64,000 nt of DNA, from the NCBI GenBank assembly GCA_965601925.1, contig OZ271854.1, positions 4,000,001 to 4,064,000 of the forward strand, in the 5' to 3' direction. A program made the translations under genes and the position numbers. The notes beneath the pieces were generated by a model that searched no databases, was not told the origin of the DNA, and saw nothing but the letters and a program-made list of their open reading frames with translations. Below, piece by piece: positions 49,659 through 60,600 of this stretch. Numbering within the stretch: the stretch's first letter is position 1; every line of letters begins with the position of its first letter. Origin of the DNA: Alkalispirochaeta sp. Lineage in GTDB: Bacteria; Spirochaetota; Spirochaetia; DSM-27196; Alkalispirochaetaceae.

Positions 49659-51626
49659 ATGGCATATGAACCGCGGTTTTCGTGGACGGGAGACGCTCAC
49701 ATATCGTCGATGGAGGAGTATAGCGCGCTCTACGAGCAAAGCATAACCGACCCCGATGCGTTTTGGGCCGATCAGGCAAGAGCGCGACTCACCTGGGAGC
49801 GCGAGTTCGATACGGTGCGCGACTGTGACCTCGAAGCCGGAACGATTGCGTGGTTTCTCGGAGGAAGACTCAATGTCGCGCACAACTGTATCGATCGCCA
49901 TGTCGCAACTCGAGGCGATCAGGTAGCGATCCTGTGGGAAGGAGACCGACCCGAGGAGGTGCGCCGCATCACCTATCGAGAGCTTCTCTGCGAAGTATCC
50001 CGCATGGCCAACGTGTTGGTACGCTATGGGGTCCGAAAGGGGGACCGCGTCGCGATCTACCTCCCGATGGTTCCCGAGGCGGCGTTCGCCATGCTCGCCT
50101 GCGCCCGGATCGGTGCGGTGCATACGGTCGTTTTTGCCGGGTTCAGCGCCGACGCCCTCAGAGACCGTATCCTCGATGCCAACGCCGTGGCGGTAATAAC
50201 TGCCGATCAGGGGCTGCGCGGCGGTAAGGTAATTCCTCTCAAACAGACGGTGGACGAGGCGGTCATGGCCTCCCCCAGCGTACGTACCGTCTTCGTCACC
50301 AAACGCACCGGGGCGAAGGTACCCTTCTTTCCTCCGCGAGACGTGGACATCGACGAGGCGATGGTGTCCCAACGTCCCTATTGTCCGCCGGAATCGATGG
50401 ACGCCGAAGATACGCTCTTTCTCTTATATACGTCCGGGAGCACCGGCAAACCCAAGGGCATCGCCCACACGACCGCCGGCTATCTCCTGTATACATCTCT
50501 TACGCATCGTTACGTCTTCGATTATCGCGACGGCGACATATACGCCTGCGTCGCCGACGTAGGATGGATCACCGGTCACAGCTACGTCGTCTACGGCCCC
50601 CTCGCAAACGGGGCGACAACCGTCATGTTCGAATCGACCCCGATCTATCCCGATCCCGGCCGCTACTGGGATATGGTGCAACGCCACCGCATCACTCAGT
50701 TTTACACCGCTCCCACGGCGCTCCGAGCGGTTGCCCGGGAGGGCGACGATTGGGTGACCAAGTACGACCGATCGAGCCTCCGGATTCTCGGCACCGTCGG
50801 CGAGCCGATCAACCCCGATACGTGGGAGTGGTACTACCGCACCGTCGGGGAAGAGCGCTGCGCAGTCGTCGATACGTGGTGGCAGACCGAGACGGGCGGC
50901 ATCATGATCACCCCACTTCCGGGGGCGACGGCGCCGAAGCCGGGGTCGGCCACCTTTCCGTTCTTCGGAGTGCAGCCGGTGGTGTTGGATGAGCAGGGTA
51001 ACGAGGTCGACGGAAACGGCGTGTCGGGCCTCTTGGCGATCAAGGAGGCGTGGCCGAGTATGGCGCGAACCATCCAAGACGACCACCAGCGCTTTCTCAC
51101 CACGTATCTCACGCCGTACAAGGGGTACTACTTCACCGGGGATGGGTGTCGTCGCGACGAGGACGGCTACTACTGGATTACCGGTCGCGTCGACGATGTG
51201 ATCAACGTAAGCGGACATCGCATGGGCACCGCTGAAGTTGAATCGGCGTTGGTCAACCACCCGGCGTGCGCCGAGGCGGCGGTGGTCGGATTTCCCCACG
51301 AGATCAAGGGGCAAGGCATCTTCGCCTACGTCGTTCTCGCTGAAGGGTGGGATGCCGACGCGGAGATCGTCGGCGAGCTTCGAGGCGAGGTTCGCCACCG
51401 CATCGGCCCGATCGCGACACCGGACCACATTCTCGTTGCCGAGGGACTTCCCAAGACGCGATCGGGCAAGATCATGCGCCGCATTCTGCGCAAGATAGCC
51501 GAGCGGCAACACGACTCCGTCGGCGACACCAGCACCCTCGCCGATCCGTCGGTCGTCGACAAGCTCATCGAGTCTCGCTCGGCCCTCCCCGACGAGTGCG
51601 TCACTCTCCACGGGTGCTTCGACTGA
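49659..51626 (+). CDS. acs: Acetate--CoA ligase
   Basis: [43 protein letters not shown] and [11 protein letters not shown]. Confidence 0.97.
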   Translation: MAYEPRFSWTGDAHISSMEEYSALYEQSITDPDAFWADQARARLTWEREFDTVRDCDLEAGTIAWFLGGRLNVAHNCIDRHVATRGDQVAILWEGDRPEEVRRITYRELLCEVSRMANVLVRYGVRKGDRVAIYLPMVPEAAFAMLACARIGAVHTVVFAGFSADALRDRILDANAVAVITADQGLRGGKVIPLKQTVDEAVMASPSVRTVFVTKRTGAKVPFFPPRDVDIDEAMVSQRPYCPPESMDAEDTLFLLYTSGSTGKPKGIAHTTAGYLLYTSLTHRYVFDYRDGDIYACVADVGWITGHSYVVYGPLANGATTVMFESTPIYPDPGRYWDMVQRHRITQFYTAPTALRAVAREGDDWVTKYDRSSLRILGTVGEPINPDTWEWYYRTVGEERCAVVDTWWQTETGGIMITPLPGATAPKPGSATFPFFGVQPVVLDEQGNEVDGNGVSGLLAIKEAWPSMARTIQDDHQRFLTTYLTPYKGYYFTGDGCRRDEDGYYWITGRVDDVINVSGHRMGTAEVESALVNHPACAEAAVVGFPHEIKGQGIFAYVVLAEGWDADAEIVGELRGEVRHRIGPIATPDHILVAEGLPKTRSGKIMRRILRKIAERQHDSVGDTSTLADPSVVDKLIESRSALPDECVTLHGCFD

Positions 51627-51677
51627 GGCGGTGCGGCCCTTGCGCGACCCCAAACATTTCGATACCGTCCGACCGAA

Positions 51678-52511
51678 ATGTGGCGTGTTGCAACGGCAAT
51701 ACTACTCGGTCTCGTAATCGCTTTCGTCGGATGTGAGCGAACCATGAGCTCAGTTGTCCTGACGCCCGGCGAGGAATCGCTCGTGCGGGAACTCCGATTC
51801 GACGCCACGATAGTTCTCGATATCAAGCGCCGCGTCGCGGAGCTTGACGAGTGGAGCGGTATCGAGATACGCCGCATGAGTACCGTGCCTCGGTTTCGGA
51901 GTCGGTCACCGCTGACGGATCGCTTGGCGGATGGAATCGTTATCACATTCGATATAGAGCGACCTACCATGGACGAGGCCGCCGTGCTCGGCGACTGGTC
52001 CGCCTTCTGGGCCGGTCTGGAGCGCCTTCGAGCCGGCGAGCGCGTCGTATTTGATCGGAGGACCGCGCTCCGGGAAGCGGGATATCAGATGTATGTCGCA
52101 TCCGACGGTACGACGGGCCCGTACGCCATCGGCTTGGTGCGGTCTCCTGATCGGTACGCGCCCGTTCGATATGCCGGCACCGACGGCGCAAACTACGGGC
52201 TCACGACGGAGGACATCGTTGCTACCCTCCGCAGTTGGGAGGCGTTCGGATCGTTCGATGTGATGGCGGCGGGAGGGACCGGAGCAATGCTCTTCTTCTC
52301 GCGTCTTCCCGACGATCCGGACTCGTTTGTGGAGACGGTACGTGCGTTTTGTCCCGACGCACATGCAGCGGTACCACCCCATCTGTACTCCTATCGAGAG
52401 GCGATGATCCGCGACACTAGGGGCGAGACGGTGGAGAGTATGGAGATCACCGACGCCGCACTGCGCCGGATTCTTCTCGACACTGGAAGAGTCTATCTGT
52501 GGTGGGATTGA
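51678..52511 (+). CDS. Lipoprotein with DUF4253-like C-terminal domain
   Basis: Lipobox FVGC; GTDGANY, FCPD and C-terminal LWWD. Confidence 0.75.
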   Translation: MWRVATAILLGLVIAFVGCERTMSSVVLTPGEESLVRELRFDATIVLDIKRRVAELDEWSGIEIRRMSTVPRFRSRSPLTDRLADGIVITFDIERPTMDEAAVLGDWSAFWAGLERLRAGERVVFDRRTALREAGYQMYVASDGTTGPYAIGLVRSPDRYAPVRYAGTDGANYGLTTEDIVATLRSWEAFGSFDVMAAGGTGAMLFFSRLPDDPDSFVETVRAFCPDAHAAVPPHLYSYREAMIRDTRGETVESMEITDAALRRILLDTGRVYLWWD

Positions 52512-52578
52512 CGAGATACGGCGCGTTTGCATGGACACGCGCCGCAGTAGCGGCCGGCGTTGCCGGGACCGTCGATCA

Positions 52579-52628
52579 TTGACAGGCGCCGACGGCGCTC
52601 CTATAATAAACTTTCTTTCAGTAACTAA
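52579..52628 (+). promoter_or_regulatory. Consensus sigma70 promoter with adjacent AT-rich operator
   Basis: TTGACA (52579-52584)-17 nt-TATAAT (52602-52607), then CTTTCTTTCAGTAACTAA (52611-52628). Confidence 0.8.
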
Positions 52629-52653
52629 ATAATTTATGGCGCGAGGTTGAAAC

Positions 52654-54051
52654 ATGAAGCCACCAAAAATAGTGATCATCGGCGCCGGTAGCGCAGTGTT
52701 CGGACAACGGGCGATCTCGGCAATTCTCCGATCCGAACGTCTACGCGGATCGGAGCTCTATCTGGTCGATCTCGACGAGGGTCCGCTCGAGCTTATGACC
52801 CGTCTGGCCGAGCTCATGAACCGCGAATGGGGCTCCGGCGCAACGATACGAAGTACGACCGACCGCCGCAAAGCGCTCCCGGGAGCCGATTTTGTCATCG
52901 TCTCGGTACAGGTAGGGCCGCGCGAAGAGGTATGGGAAAAGGACTGGAGCATCCCGCTGGAGTACGGTATCCGCCAGCCCTACGCGGAAAACAGCGGGCC
53001 CGGCGGGCTCGCCCACACGGCGCGCAACTTGCCGCTCATCATCGATATCGCTCGGGATATGGAGGAGCTCTGCCCCGATGCGCTGTACATGAACTACGTC
53101 AACCCGCTCATTCGCCTCACTCTCGGAATTCACCGCTACACGACGATTAAGAGCGTCGGTATGTGCCATCAACTCCTGTGGGGGTACGCTATGGCGATGG
53201 CGCTTCTCGGCGACCGTTACGGAGTGGACGTGCCTCCGGACGTCAAGATCGATACCAATCACGAACATCGGCATTTTCGAGAGCCTCTCATGGCCGCCGG
53301 GATCAAGCATCTGGACATCAAGGCCGCCGGGATCAACCATTTCTCGTGGGTGTACGACATTCGCGATAAGGATACCGGCGAGGATCTCTATCCCCTCGTA
53401 CGAGAGCGATGGATGCACCTCGAGCGACGCAACTTCGAGCCGCTTTCGCGCGACATGTTCGAGATTTACGGCCTCATGCCGACCCCGAGCGATAGCCATT
53501 TATGCGAGTTTCTGCCCTTTGTCCACGATCCCATTAAGAAGCCGTGGGAGCGGTACGGCCTTCACACGCAGAGCTGGAAAGGCAACCATCGCCGTCGTGC
53601 CGAGCGTCGCGAACTTGCGCAACGGATCGTCGATGGAAAGGAACCGGTCGAGCAACTACGAAATCTGCGCAGCGAAGGTGTTCCGGAAGTCATAGAAGGG
53701 GCCTATTTCAACCTGAATACATATATCCATCAGCTTAACGTGCCCAACGAGGGGCTCATACCGAACCTACCCGCCGACGCTATCGTCGAGGTGCCCGGCA
53801 TCTCATCGGGACTCGGGATACGCGGGATAAGCATGCCGGCACTGCCCGAGCCGATTGCCGAGTTGTGTCGTCGCGAGCTCGCCTATAGCTCAATCGTCGT
53901 CGACGCGTGCCACCATGGGGACCGCGACCTCGCGTTGCAGGCGCTGCTTCTCGATCCGACGGTCAACGACGTCGAGAGCGCGCGGGACGTACTCGATCAT
54001 CTTCTCACCGAGTTCACACAGTACCTCCCCCAGTTTTCCCGTGGTACGTAA
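52654..54051 (+). CDS. GH4 NAD-dependent glycoside hydrolase (alpha-galactosidase/alpha-glucosidase-like)
   Basis: KIVIIGAGSAVF, ALPGADFV, NYVNP, VGMCH, AAGINHF and IVEVPG. Confidence 0.92.
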   Translation: MKPPKIVIIGAGSAVFGQRAISAILRSERLRGSELYLVDLDEGPLELMTRLAELMNREWGSGATIRSTTDRRKALPGADFVIVSVQVGPREEVWEKDWSIPLEYGIRQPYAENSGPGGLAHTARNLPLIIDIARDMEELCPDALYMNYVNPLIRLTLGIHRYTTIKSVGMCHQLLWGYAMAMALLGDRYGVDVPPDVKIDTNHEHRHFREPLMAAGIKHLDIKAAGINHFSWVYDIRDKDTGEDLYPLVRERWMHLERRNFEPLSRDMFEIYGLMPTPSDSHLCEFLPFVHDPIKKPWERYGLHTQSWKGNHRRRAERRELAQRIVDGKEPVEQLRNLRSEGVPEVIEGAYFNLNTYIHQLNVPNEGLIPNLPADAIVEVPGISSGLGIRGISMPALPEPIAELCRRELAYSSIVVDACHHGDRDLALQALLLDPTVNDVESARDVLDHLLTEFTQYLPQFSRGT

Positions 54052-55192
54052 TCGGGCACGTTCGCTCCTCCGGAGCCCGGGGGAGCTACTCGACCCCGAT
54101 CGTTTGCGCGATGCGACCGGAGAGCCGATCGTCGGCGTCGAGCGCAGCGCCCTCTCGTCGGGTTTCGCCCATTCCGGGAGCGAACTCTATTTGATAGAGA
54201 CGGTGTTGGAGCCCCGCGGCTCGACGCAGCCGAGCGCCGGACCGCGCTTCGTGCTCAAGCGCCTCTCCTTTGCGTGGGATTGGCTCATGCAAGTCACCGA
54301 GGACCGTCGGTGCCGCTCCGTTACCTTGTGGGAGCAAGGCGTCTTGGACCGCCTACCGGATAGTATCGATACGTGCGTCGTCGACTGCTCGCGGGATGGC
54401 GACGGATGGGCCATCCTCATGCGCGACGTGGGGTTTTCGCTGGTGACCGATACGCCCTTTCTGCCGGAGCAACAGGAGACGTTCCTGAGCGCTATGGCGG
54501 CGATGCACGCGACGTTTCTCGGCGACGAGGAGCTGGACCGGTCGCGGACCGGATTGTGCGGATTGCACCACGTCTACGGGATGTTCTCACGCAGGACTGC
54601 GGCGGATCATCGCGACGCCGGACGAGACATTCATCGACGTATCGAGGAGGGGTGGCGTGCGGTGGGCGAGATGTGTCCCGCCGATGTCGCCGACATCGTG
54701 CTTCCCCTCGTGGAGGATTCGTCGCCTCTCGTCCACGCGCTGCGCCGCTATCCACGAACACTGGTACACGGCGACTTTCGCCACTCCAACATCGGATTTC
54801 TACCGGCGCGATCGTCGTCGGACGGGGGACATACGCGAGTTGGCGGTGCGCGCATGGCCCTTCTGGACTGGCAACTGGCGGTATACGCGCCGCCGTCGGT
54901 CGAGTTGGGGCGTTATCTCGGGGCCAACTCACCCTTTCTTCCGGGAACCAAGGAAGGTATTCTCGCCTACTATCGAACGGCCCTCGAACGCGAACTGGGG
55001 CCGGAACGACCTCTGGAGCCGTGGTGGACACCCCAGTTGGAGCTCGGCATGTTGGGCGGATTCGTTCAGGATGGATGGGCGATCGCGCTCAAAGCGACGA
55101 CGTGGGACGTCGGCGCCGCAACGCGAGATCACTGGAAAGCCGATCTCGAATGGTGGTCCGAGCAGGTAAGACGCGGCGCCGTCCATCTGTAG
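54041..55192 (+). CDS. Aminoglycoside phosphotransferase/choline-kinase-like (APH) kinase
   Basis: FVLKR, ILMRDV, TLVHGDFRHSN (Brenner motif) and LLDWQ. GTG start overlaps the GH4 stop. Confidence 0.82.
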   Translation: MVRNRARSLLRSPGELLDPDRLRDATGEPIVGVERSALSSGFAHSGSELYLIETVLEPRGSTQPSAGPRFVLKRLSFAWDWLMQVTEDRRCRSVTLWEQGVLDRLPDSIDTCVVDCSRDGDGWAILMRDVGFSLVTDTPFLPEQQETFLSAMAAMHATFLGDEELDRSRTGLCGLHHVYGMFSRRTAADHRDAGRDIHRRIEEGWRAVGEMCPADVADIVLPLVEDSSPLVHALRRYPRTLVHGDFRHSNIGFLPARSSSDGGHTRVGGARMALLDWQLAVYAPPSVELGRYLGANSPFLPGTKEGILAYYRTALERELGPERPLEPWWTPQLELGMLGGFVQDGWAIALKATTWDVGAATRDHWKADLEWWSEQVRRGAVHL

Positions 55193-55245
55193 CAAGTGAC
55201 GCTCCCTGCAGACGCGGTTCGGTGCTCAGAATGCGGGACGAGTCG

Positions 55246-56409
55246 TTACCCTCGCAGATTCGAAATACGTCTGAGCGCCGCGTCGGCTCGTTCACGTGAC
55301 GCCGGCGCCGTGCTCCGCCAACGTTCCAGATACGCAATCGCCGCCGCACGATCGATACGCCGCGGCCGTTCCCCCATGATACGGCGATACGAGTCGATAC
55401 AGATCGTCGTTACCGTCTCTTGCGCAAGAGCCAACCCGCGAATCAACGGGGTACCGTCCGCCGTCGGAGCGTAGGGAGAGGCAAAGACGTCGTCGGTGGC
55501 GAGAAATCGATAGAGGCGCAAAAATCGCTCCGTATTATCAGCCAGAGAGGTCCCCGGAAGATACGACAGGTCACGGGGTAGAAAAAACGAGTCGCTCCCC
55601 AACAGCAGGCGGCCGGCATAGGTCGAAAAAAAATCGCGCGCCGCGTCTTGCCGGCTCGGGAATGCGTACTCGTCTACCCTCCTCGCCGCACTGAGTGCGG
55701 GATAGAGATAATTCCCCGGCGCCAGGTCGAAGTACGCATTGGCGTGCTCATCGAGAAATTGTGCCATCCGAATCGGTTCATCGGCGAGAAAAAGTAAATG
55801 CGGGAATATGAAGGTCGTCGCCGGAGCGCCGTTGCATACCATTCCGGCTTGCCGTATAAGCTCCTCAAAGGGCGCAACGTCGCGATTCACATAGCTCCAC
55901 GGCGCGTCGTCTCTTTCCCAGAAAAGCTGCGGATCGGCGACGTGAATGAGCACGGGCATCCCGCAGCGCCCCGCCTCGCGATAGGCATCGAGGTAGCGCG
56001 CGTCATCGAGGGCGACACCCAGCGTCGCGTGGAGCTCGGGCTTACCTTCCCACATCTTGATCCCGCGAAAACCGGCTTGCGCCATTTCGGCTACTTGCCG
56101 CGACGGATTCCACGCCGCCGCGGCTGCGTCCTCGACCACCAACGCGCGGTTGTCGAAGGAGCCGAAACCGTCGGCGAGTCCGTCCAACACAGTACACGCC
56201 GCCAGTACCTCGGGATTGAAGTTGACCGTATCGATGCCGTGTCGAAGGCGTTCGGCGCCGGATGCCGATCGATCGGCTACCCCGGCGGTGGGAAGCGACA
56301 GAACACCGATGCGACGCAAGCCGAGGAGCTCACCATAGCGCCGCAACTCGTCTATCCTCGCCGCGTCGCCGATATGGAGATGGCTATCGATTAATCCCGT
56401 CGGTACCAT
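55246..56409 (-). CDS. Amidohydrolase-family protein (Amidohydro_2-like)
   Basis: IDSHLH, GFRGIK, PVLIHVAD, FIFPH and RLLLGSD. Confidence 0.85.
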   Translation of the reverse strand: MVPTGLIDSHLHIGDAARIDELRRYGELLGLRRIGVLSLPTAGVADRSASGAERLRHGIDTVNFNPEVLAACTVLDGLADGFGSFDNRALVVEDAAAAAWNPSRQVAEMAQAGFRGIKMWEGKPELHATLGVALDDARYLDAYREAGRCGMPVLIHVADPQLFWERDDAPWSYVNRDVAPFEELIRQAGMVCNGAPATTFIFPHLLFLADEPIRMAQFLDEHANAYFDLAPGNYLYPALSAARRVDEYAFPSRQDAARDFFSTYAGRLLLGSDSFFLPRDLSYLPGTSLADNTERFLRLYRFLATDDVFASPYAPTADGTPLIRGLALAQETVTTICIDSYRRIMGERPRRIDRAAAIAYLERWRSTAPASRERADAALRRISNLRG

Positions 56410-56422
56410 TGATTTGCAAACG

Positions 56423-57313
56423 CTATCGGAGGGCGAAGTCGAGTGGAGCTGCGACCTCACGAGTCATAGTGAGTCGTGCATCGCGGTGACGTTGGACGAT
56501 CGAGGCGGGAAAGGCGGCCGATACGGGTCCGTACAGCATCTTGCGGGCTACGGCGCGCTGCCACGGGCGATTGAGAAACACGCGTACGCTTCGGCTTTCG
56601 GTAATCTGTTTCATGCCGACGGTGACCGCGCGACGCGGGATGCGGTCCCAGGCGCCGCCCAACGCGGTATGGGAGTTGATGGTAATCGTCTCGCGGCTCA
56701 GCTCGACGATGCGCGTGACACTCTCGAAGAAGCCGGCCTCGTCGACGGGAGGGTACGGCGGCTCATTAAAGGCGATGTGACCGTTGATACCTACTCCGGC
56801 AAAGCAAATCTCCGCACCGCCCACCGCGGCAAGCGCGCTATCGTACCCCGACGGATTTCCCGGATCGGGAAAGAACACTTGGTCGGGCCGAAATGCGACG
56901 TCCTCACCGAGGGCTACGAGCGGGCGCACCAACTCCCGGTCGACAAATGCGCGAAACGATAACGGCGAGGAGAAATCGATGAGACGCGGCGGCCCGTCCC
57001 CATCCTCAAGATACTCGTCCATAAAAAAGAGATGGAGGCCCGACAGATTGATGGGGAGTTCGGAACACAATGAGACGAACCGTCGGTATTGAAACGTGGG
57101 TCCGACGGGGACGATGAAGACGGATCGCTTGCCGACTCCGACGTTGCGCCGTATCGCACGGTACATCTCGATGGCGATACGGTAGTAGAGGTCTATCTCG
57201 GTCTCCACAACCTCGACGAGTACCTCCGAATCATCGGGGGTCGCCGGCGATGCGCCGCTTTCCGACCGCTTCGACGGGACGATCGTCGCAGCGTAGAGAT
57301 CGGACTCGCCCAT
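56423..57313 (-). CDS. Glucosamine-6-phosphate deaminase/isomerase-like (NagB family)
   Basis: IVPVGPTFQY, FFMDEY, GVGINGHIAFNEP, AVTVGMKQI and FPASIVQRH. Confidence 0.85.
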   Translation of the reverse strand: MGESDLYAATIVPSKRSESGASPATPDDSEVLVEVVETEIDLYYRIAIEMYRAIRRNVGVGKRSVFIVPVGPTFQYRRFVSLCSELPINLSGLHLFFMDEYLEDGDGPPRLIDFSSPLSFRAFVDRELVRPLVALGEDVAFRPDQVFFPDPGNPSGYDSALAAVGGAEICFAGVGINGHIAFNEPPYPPVDEAGFFESVTRIVELSRETITINSHTALGGAWDRIPRRAVTVGMKQITESRSVRVFLNRPWQRAVARKMLYGPVSAAFPASIVQRHRDARLTMTREVAAPLDFALR

Positions 57314-57316
57314 CGC

Positions 57317-58177
57317 CTATCCTTTGAGTGCGCCCGAGGTAAGACCTTTGATGATCCGCTCGTGCATAAATACGTATACGAGGACGCTGGGGATGATCGT
57401 CAGGACGATTGCGGCGAACATCGAGGTATAGTCGGTAAAAAACTGGCTCGAGAAAAACCGAATGCCGAGTTGCAACGTCCGCGCCCCGATACTCGAAGTA
57501 AGCAGGAGCGCGTAGATGAACTCATTCCACGAAAAGAGAAAGACGAACGTCCCGGCGGTGACGAGCCCCACCCGTGAGAGCGGGAAAATCACGCGAGTGA
57601 AGCGCTGATAAAAGCTGGCACCGTCGATGACCGCCGCCTCTTCGAGCTCCGCCGGAATCGATTTCATGAAGCCGTACATCAGAAAGGTCGAAATCGGGAT
57701 GTTAATCGCCGTATAGGTCAAAATGAGCGCCCACAACGAGTCGTACAGGCCCAATGCGTTGGTCAGTCGAAAATACGGCGCCATGAGGGCGATAATCGGC
57801 ACCAACACTCCGGCGATGATGGCGTTGAGAATCCACTGCTGAAAGCGAAACTTCTCCCGCGAAAAGGCGAATGCCGCCATGGAGGTGATAAGCATCGCCA
57901 ACGCCGTCGAGAAGGTCGAGACGATCACGCTGTTGAGGAAGAGCCGCGGAAGGCTCGATATGCGCATGGCGTTGAGGTAGTTCTCGAACTGCCATACGGC
58001 GGGCAGCGCGAACGGAGCGGTCTGGAGCTCCAAATTAGTCTTGAACGAGCTGATGAGGAGCCATACCAGGGGCGAAAACGTGAAGAAAAAGAAAAAGAGC
58101 AGCACTCCCCACTTGAGTGTCGTGCCGACGACCGAACCGAGGCTCCGGTTGTTGTCGGCCAATGTTGCGTGTGTCAT
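57317..58177 (-). CDS. Carbohydrate ABC transporter permease
   Basis: IPAELEEAAVIDGAS and C-terminal GLTSGALKG. Confidence 0.93.
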   Translation of the reverse strand: MTHATLADNNRSLGSVVGTTLKWGVLLFFFFFTFSPLVWLLISSFKTNLELQTAPFALPAVWQFENYLNAMRISSLPRLFLNSVIVSTFSTALAMLITSMAAFAFSREKFRFQQWILNAIIAGVLVPIIALMAPYFRLTNALGLYDSLWALILTYTAINIPISTFLMYGFMKSIPAELEEAAVIDGASFYQRFTRVIFPLSRVGLVTAGTFVFLFSWNEFIYALLLTSSIGARTLQLGIRFFSSQFFTDYTSMFAAIVLTIIPSVLVYVFMHERIIKGLTSGALKG

Positions 58178-58190
58178 GGTCTCTCCTCGC

Positions 58191-59081
58191 CTATTGGATT
58201 CGATCGGCCGCGGCGCTGCGTCGACCGAGGGCGCGAATCGTTACGATCGTCAGCACGCCGAGCACTACCAGTGTCGCTCCGATCGAATTGGCACTTCCGT
58301 AATCGAGAAAGCTGAGCATTCTATAGAGTTGAATACCGAGCACCGAGGTGCTGTTGGCCGGACCGCCGTTGGTGAGCAGAAACGTCGCCTCGAAATGTCT
58401 GAGGCCGTACGCCATCGCAAGGGTCATGGCGGTAACGAGGATATCCTTAATCATCGGCAGGGTGATAAACCACTCTTGTTGCAACACGTTCGCGCCGTCG
58501 ATCTCGGCCGCTTCGTAATAACTCTCCGGGATGGACATGGTCGAGGCGAGGACGATGATCATGAAGTACCCGATGTACAACACCTGCTGAATCAATATCG
58601 ACGGGAGCGCCGTACCGATTTCGCCCAGCCAATTGCGCGTCAGATGCTCGAGTCCCGCGAGCTCGAGAAACTGATTGATCGCGCCGTACTCGGCGTTATA
58701 GAGGGCGGCCCACATCATCGCGATAGCGACCTGGCTGATCACATTCGGCAGGAAGTACACGGTTCGAAAAAAACGCCATCCGCGGGGCTTACGGGCGAGG
58801 ATCATCGCCACGAGGGTCGCAAATCCGATCTGTACGAAGCCGAGAGAGAGAAGCCAAATGAAATTATTGCGAAGAGAGATCTGAAACGTTCGATCTTGGA
58901 AATTATCGAAGAAGTTTCGGAGCCCCACAAACTGGGGTGTGCTGATCCCGTTCCATTCGAGTGTGCTGGTAACGAAGACGAACCCCAACGGATAGATGAA
59001 GTAAAGCGTAAAGAGAAGAAGAACCGGCGCCAGAAAGAGCACGATGCCGATACGGTTTGCCTTCCGGGACTGCACAATCAT
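58191..59081 (-). CDS. Carbohydrate ABC transporter permease
   Basis: IPESYYEAAEIDGA...ITLP and TNGGPANST. Confidence 0.93.
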   Translation of the reverse strand: MIVQSRKANRIGIVLFLAPVLLLFTLYFIYPLGFVFVTSTLEWNGISTPQFVGLRNFFDNFQDRTFQISLRNNFIWLLSLGFVQIGFATLVAMILARKPRGWRFFRTVYFLPNVISQVAIAMMWAALYNAEYGAINQFLELAGLEHLTRNWLGEIGTALPSILIQQVLYIGYFMIIVLASTMSIPESYYEAAEIDGANVLQQEWFITLPMIKDILVTAMTLAMAYGLRHFEATFLLTNGGPANSTSVLGIQLYRMLSFLDYGSANSIGATLVVLGVLTIVTIRALGRRSAAADRIQ

Positions 59082-59109
59082 GATACTGTCGTTCCTTTAA
59101 TGCGTCGGC

Positions 59110-59135
59110 GGGCGCTCCCACGACGGGGAGCGCCC
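59110..59135 (-). other. Intercistronic stem-loop between SBP and permease
   Basis: GGGCGCTCCC-6 nt-GGGAGCGCCC. Position is typical of mRNA-stabilising or attenuating hairpins in ABC operons. Confidence 0.6.
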
Positions 59136-59177
59136 ACTCGTTACTGAATTGATACCATTCTACTACGAAACGTTGCG

Positions 59178-60440
59178 CTATCGGTCGGCGGCGACGAGCA
59201 TATCGACGAAACCCTGTGCATCGGTGCTTCCGAGTGCCAGAGCGGCGAGCGCCTGGCCGAACTCGCTCACGACGCGCACCGAGTAGCGGCTTTGGAAGTG
59301 CCCGACGACGAACTCCGCGTCGCTTGCGGCGCGAACGAACTCACGTTGGAGCGGATCGGCTCCGCTTCCCAACTCGTAACGGATGGCAAAAAGCGAGCCG
59401 GCGCGCTCCGAGACCATCGCAACGTTCGCCGGATCGGTCATGAAGCGCATGAAGGTCACGATCGCCTCGGCCTTGCGCGGATCGTCGGTGTTACCGGCCG
59501 CGAGGTTGGAGAGCAGAAACCCGATCTGATGACCCGAGTGGTCGCCGACGCGAGGAGCGGGAGCGATTGCCGTTGCGGCGTGCACCGCCGGGGCGTCTCG
59601 GTTTACGCGACCGATGTACCACGGGCCGTTAATGAACGCGGCGGTGTTACTCGAAAGGAAGTGCCCGCCCGATACACCGGCGTCTCCGCCTACCGCGTCG
59701 CGCGTGGTATTGCCGTCGGAGTACATGCGCTGCAGGACTTCCGCCGCCTCTACATAGATCGGATCACCCAAGGGAAGGTCCCATACGCCCGGGCCGCCCA
59801 GACTTGCTAAGATGTGGCTGTACCACAACATACTCGTCCACGCGTTGGAACCGCCGGTCATCTGGCTCGTGGGAACGATGTCGGCACCCTTCAGTGCGTC
59901 GGCCATCTGCCAGAACTCCTCGATAGTCTCCGGCGGAGCGTCCCAACCGGCCTCCTGGAGAAGCGTCATGTTGTACCAAATGGGAGTAATACCGATCTCG
60001 AAGGGGATCGTCTTGAGTCGGCCGTCGCGGGTGCTCTCTTCGAGGTAACTCGTTACGAAGTCGCCGGCCCAGTCGTCGGTCATGTAGTCGGTAAAATCGA
60101 AGAGCAGCTCACTGTCGTAATACTGAAAGGTCGTAGGATCGGGGTTGAACACGAAAATGTCGGGCGTGTCACCGGTGGCAAGCTGCGTGTTGAGCTTGTC
60201 GCGATAGCCGTCGGTATCGGGATTGGGCTCGATCACGACCCGAATTGCCCCGGCGTGCTGCGTGTTGAACTGCTCGACGAGTTCGGCAATCGGCTCGGCC
60301 TTGGAGTCCTGTCCGACCCAAAAGGTGGGAAAGTTGAGCACAATCTCTCCAGCTTCCTCCTGTTCGCCACCCGCAGCAACGGGAAAGACGATGAGAAGCG
60401 CAAACATCACGCCGATAAGCGCGGAAGTGATGCGATTCAT
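59178..60440 (-). CDS. Carbohydrate ABC transporter substrate-binding protein
   Basis: Signal peptide ending VAAGGEQE; TPDIF, IWYNMTLL and FINGPW. SD AAGGAGG. Confidence 0.92.
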   Translation of the reverse strand: MNRITSALIGVMFALLIVFPVAAGGEQEEAGEIVLNFPTFWVGQDSKAEPIAELVEQFNTQHAGAIRVVIEPNPDTDGYRDKLNTQLATGDTPDIFVFNPDPTTFQYYDSELLFDFTDYMTDDWAGDFVTSYLEESTRDGRLKTIPFEIGITPIWYNMTLLQEAGWDAPPETIEEFWQMADALKGADIVPTSQMTGGSNAWTSMLWYSHILASLGGPGVWDLPLGDPIYVEAAEVLQRMYSDGNTTRDAVGGDAGVSGGHFLSSNTAAFINGPWYIGRVNRDAPAVHAATAIAPAPRVGDHSGHQIGFLLSNLAAGNTDDPRKAEAIVTFMRFMTDPANVAMVSERAGSLFAIRYELGSGADPLQREFVRAASDAEFVVGHFQSRYSVRVVSEFGQALAALALGSTDAQGFVDMLVAADR

Positions 60441-60459
60441 GGTGCCTCCTTATTATTTT

Positions 60460-60566
60460 CTTTCTTAAAATAACTAAAACACGGGTTCCAACGGTTGTCA
60501 ATGAAAAGTGGCCGCGGCCAGAGTCCGCGGGGTACATTGACTGACTCGTTCGATCGACCATAGAAT
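60460..60566. promoter_or_regulatory. Divergent promoter region (SBP / transaldolase) with AT-rich operator
   Basis: Minus-strand TTGACA at 60496-60501. Operator CTTTCTTAAAATAACTAA at 60460-60477. Plus-strand TTGACT-18 nt-TAGAAT at 60537-60566. Confidence 0.6.
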
Positions 60567-60600
60567 AGTAGAGATACTATCCTTCCGGTTGGAGTACTCA

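Noticed and set aside
54041..55192. Aminoglycoside resistance gene
   Set aside because: Only the general APH-fold kinase motifs are present. Its context, coupled to a GH4 in a sugar regulon, points to metabolism.
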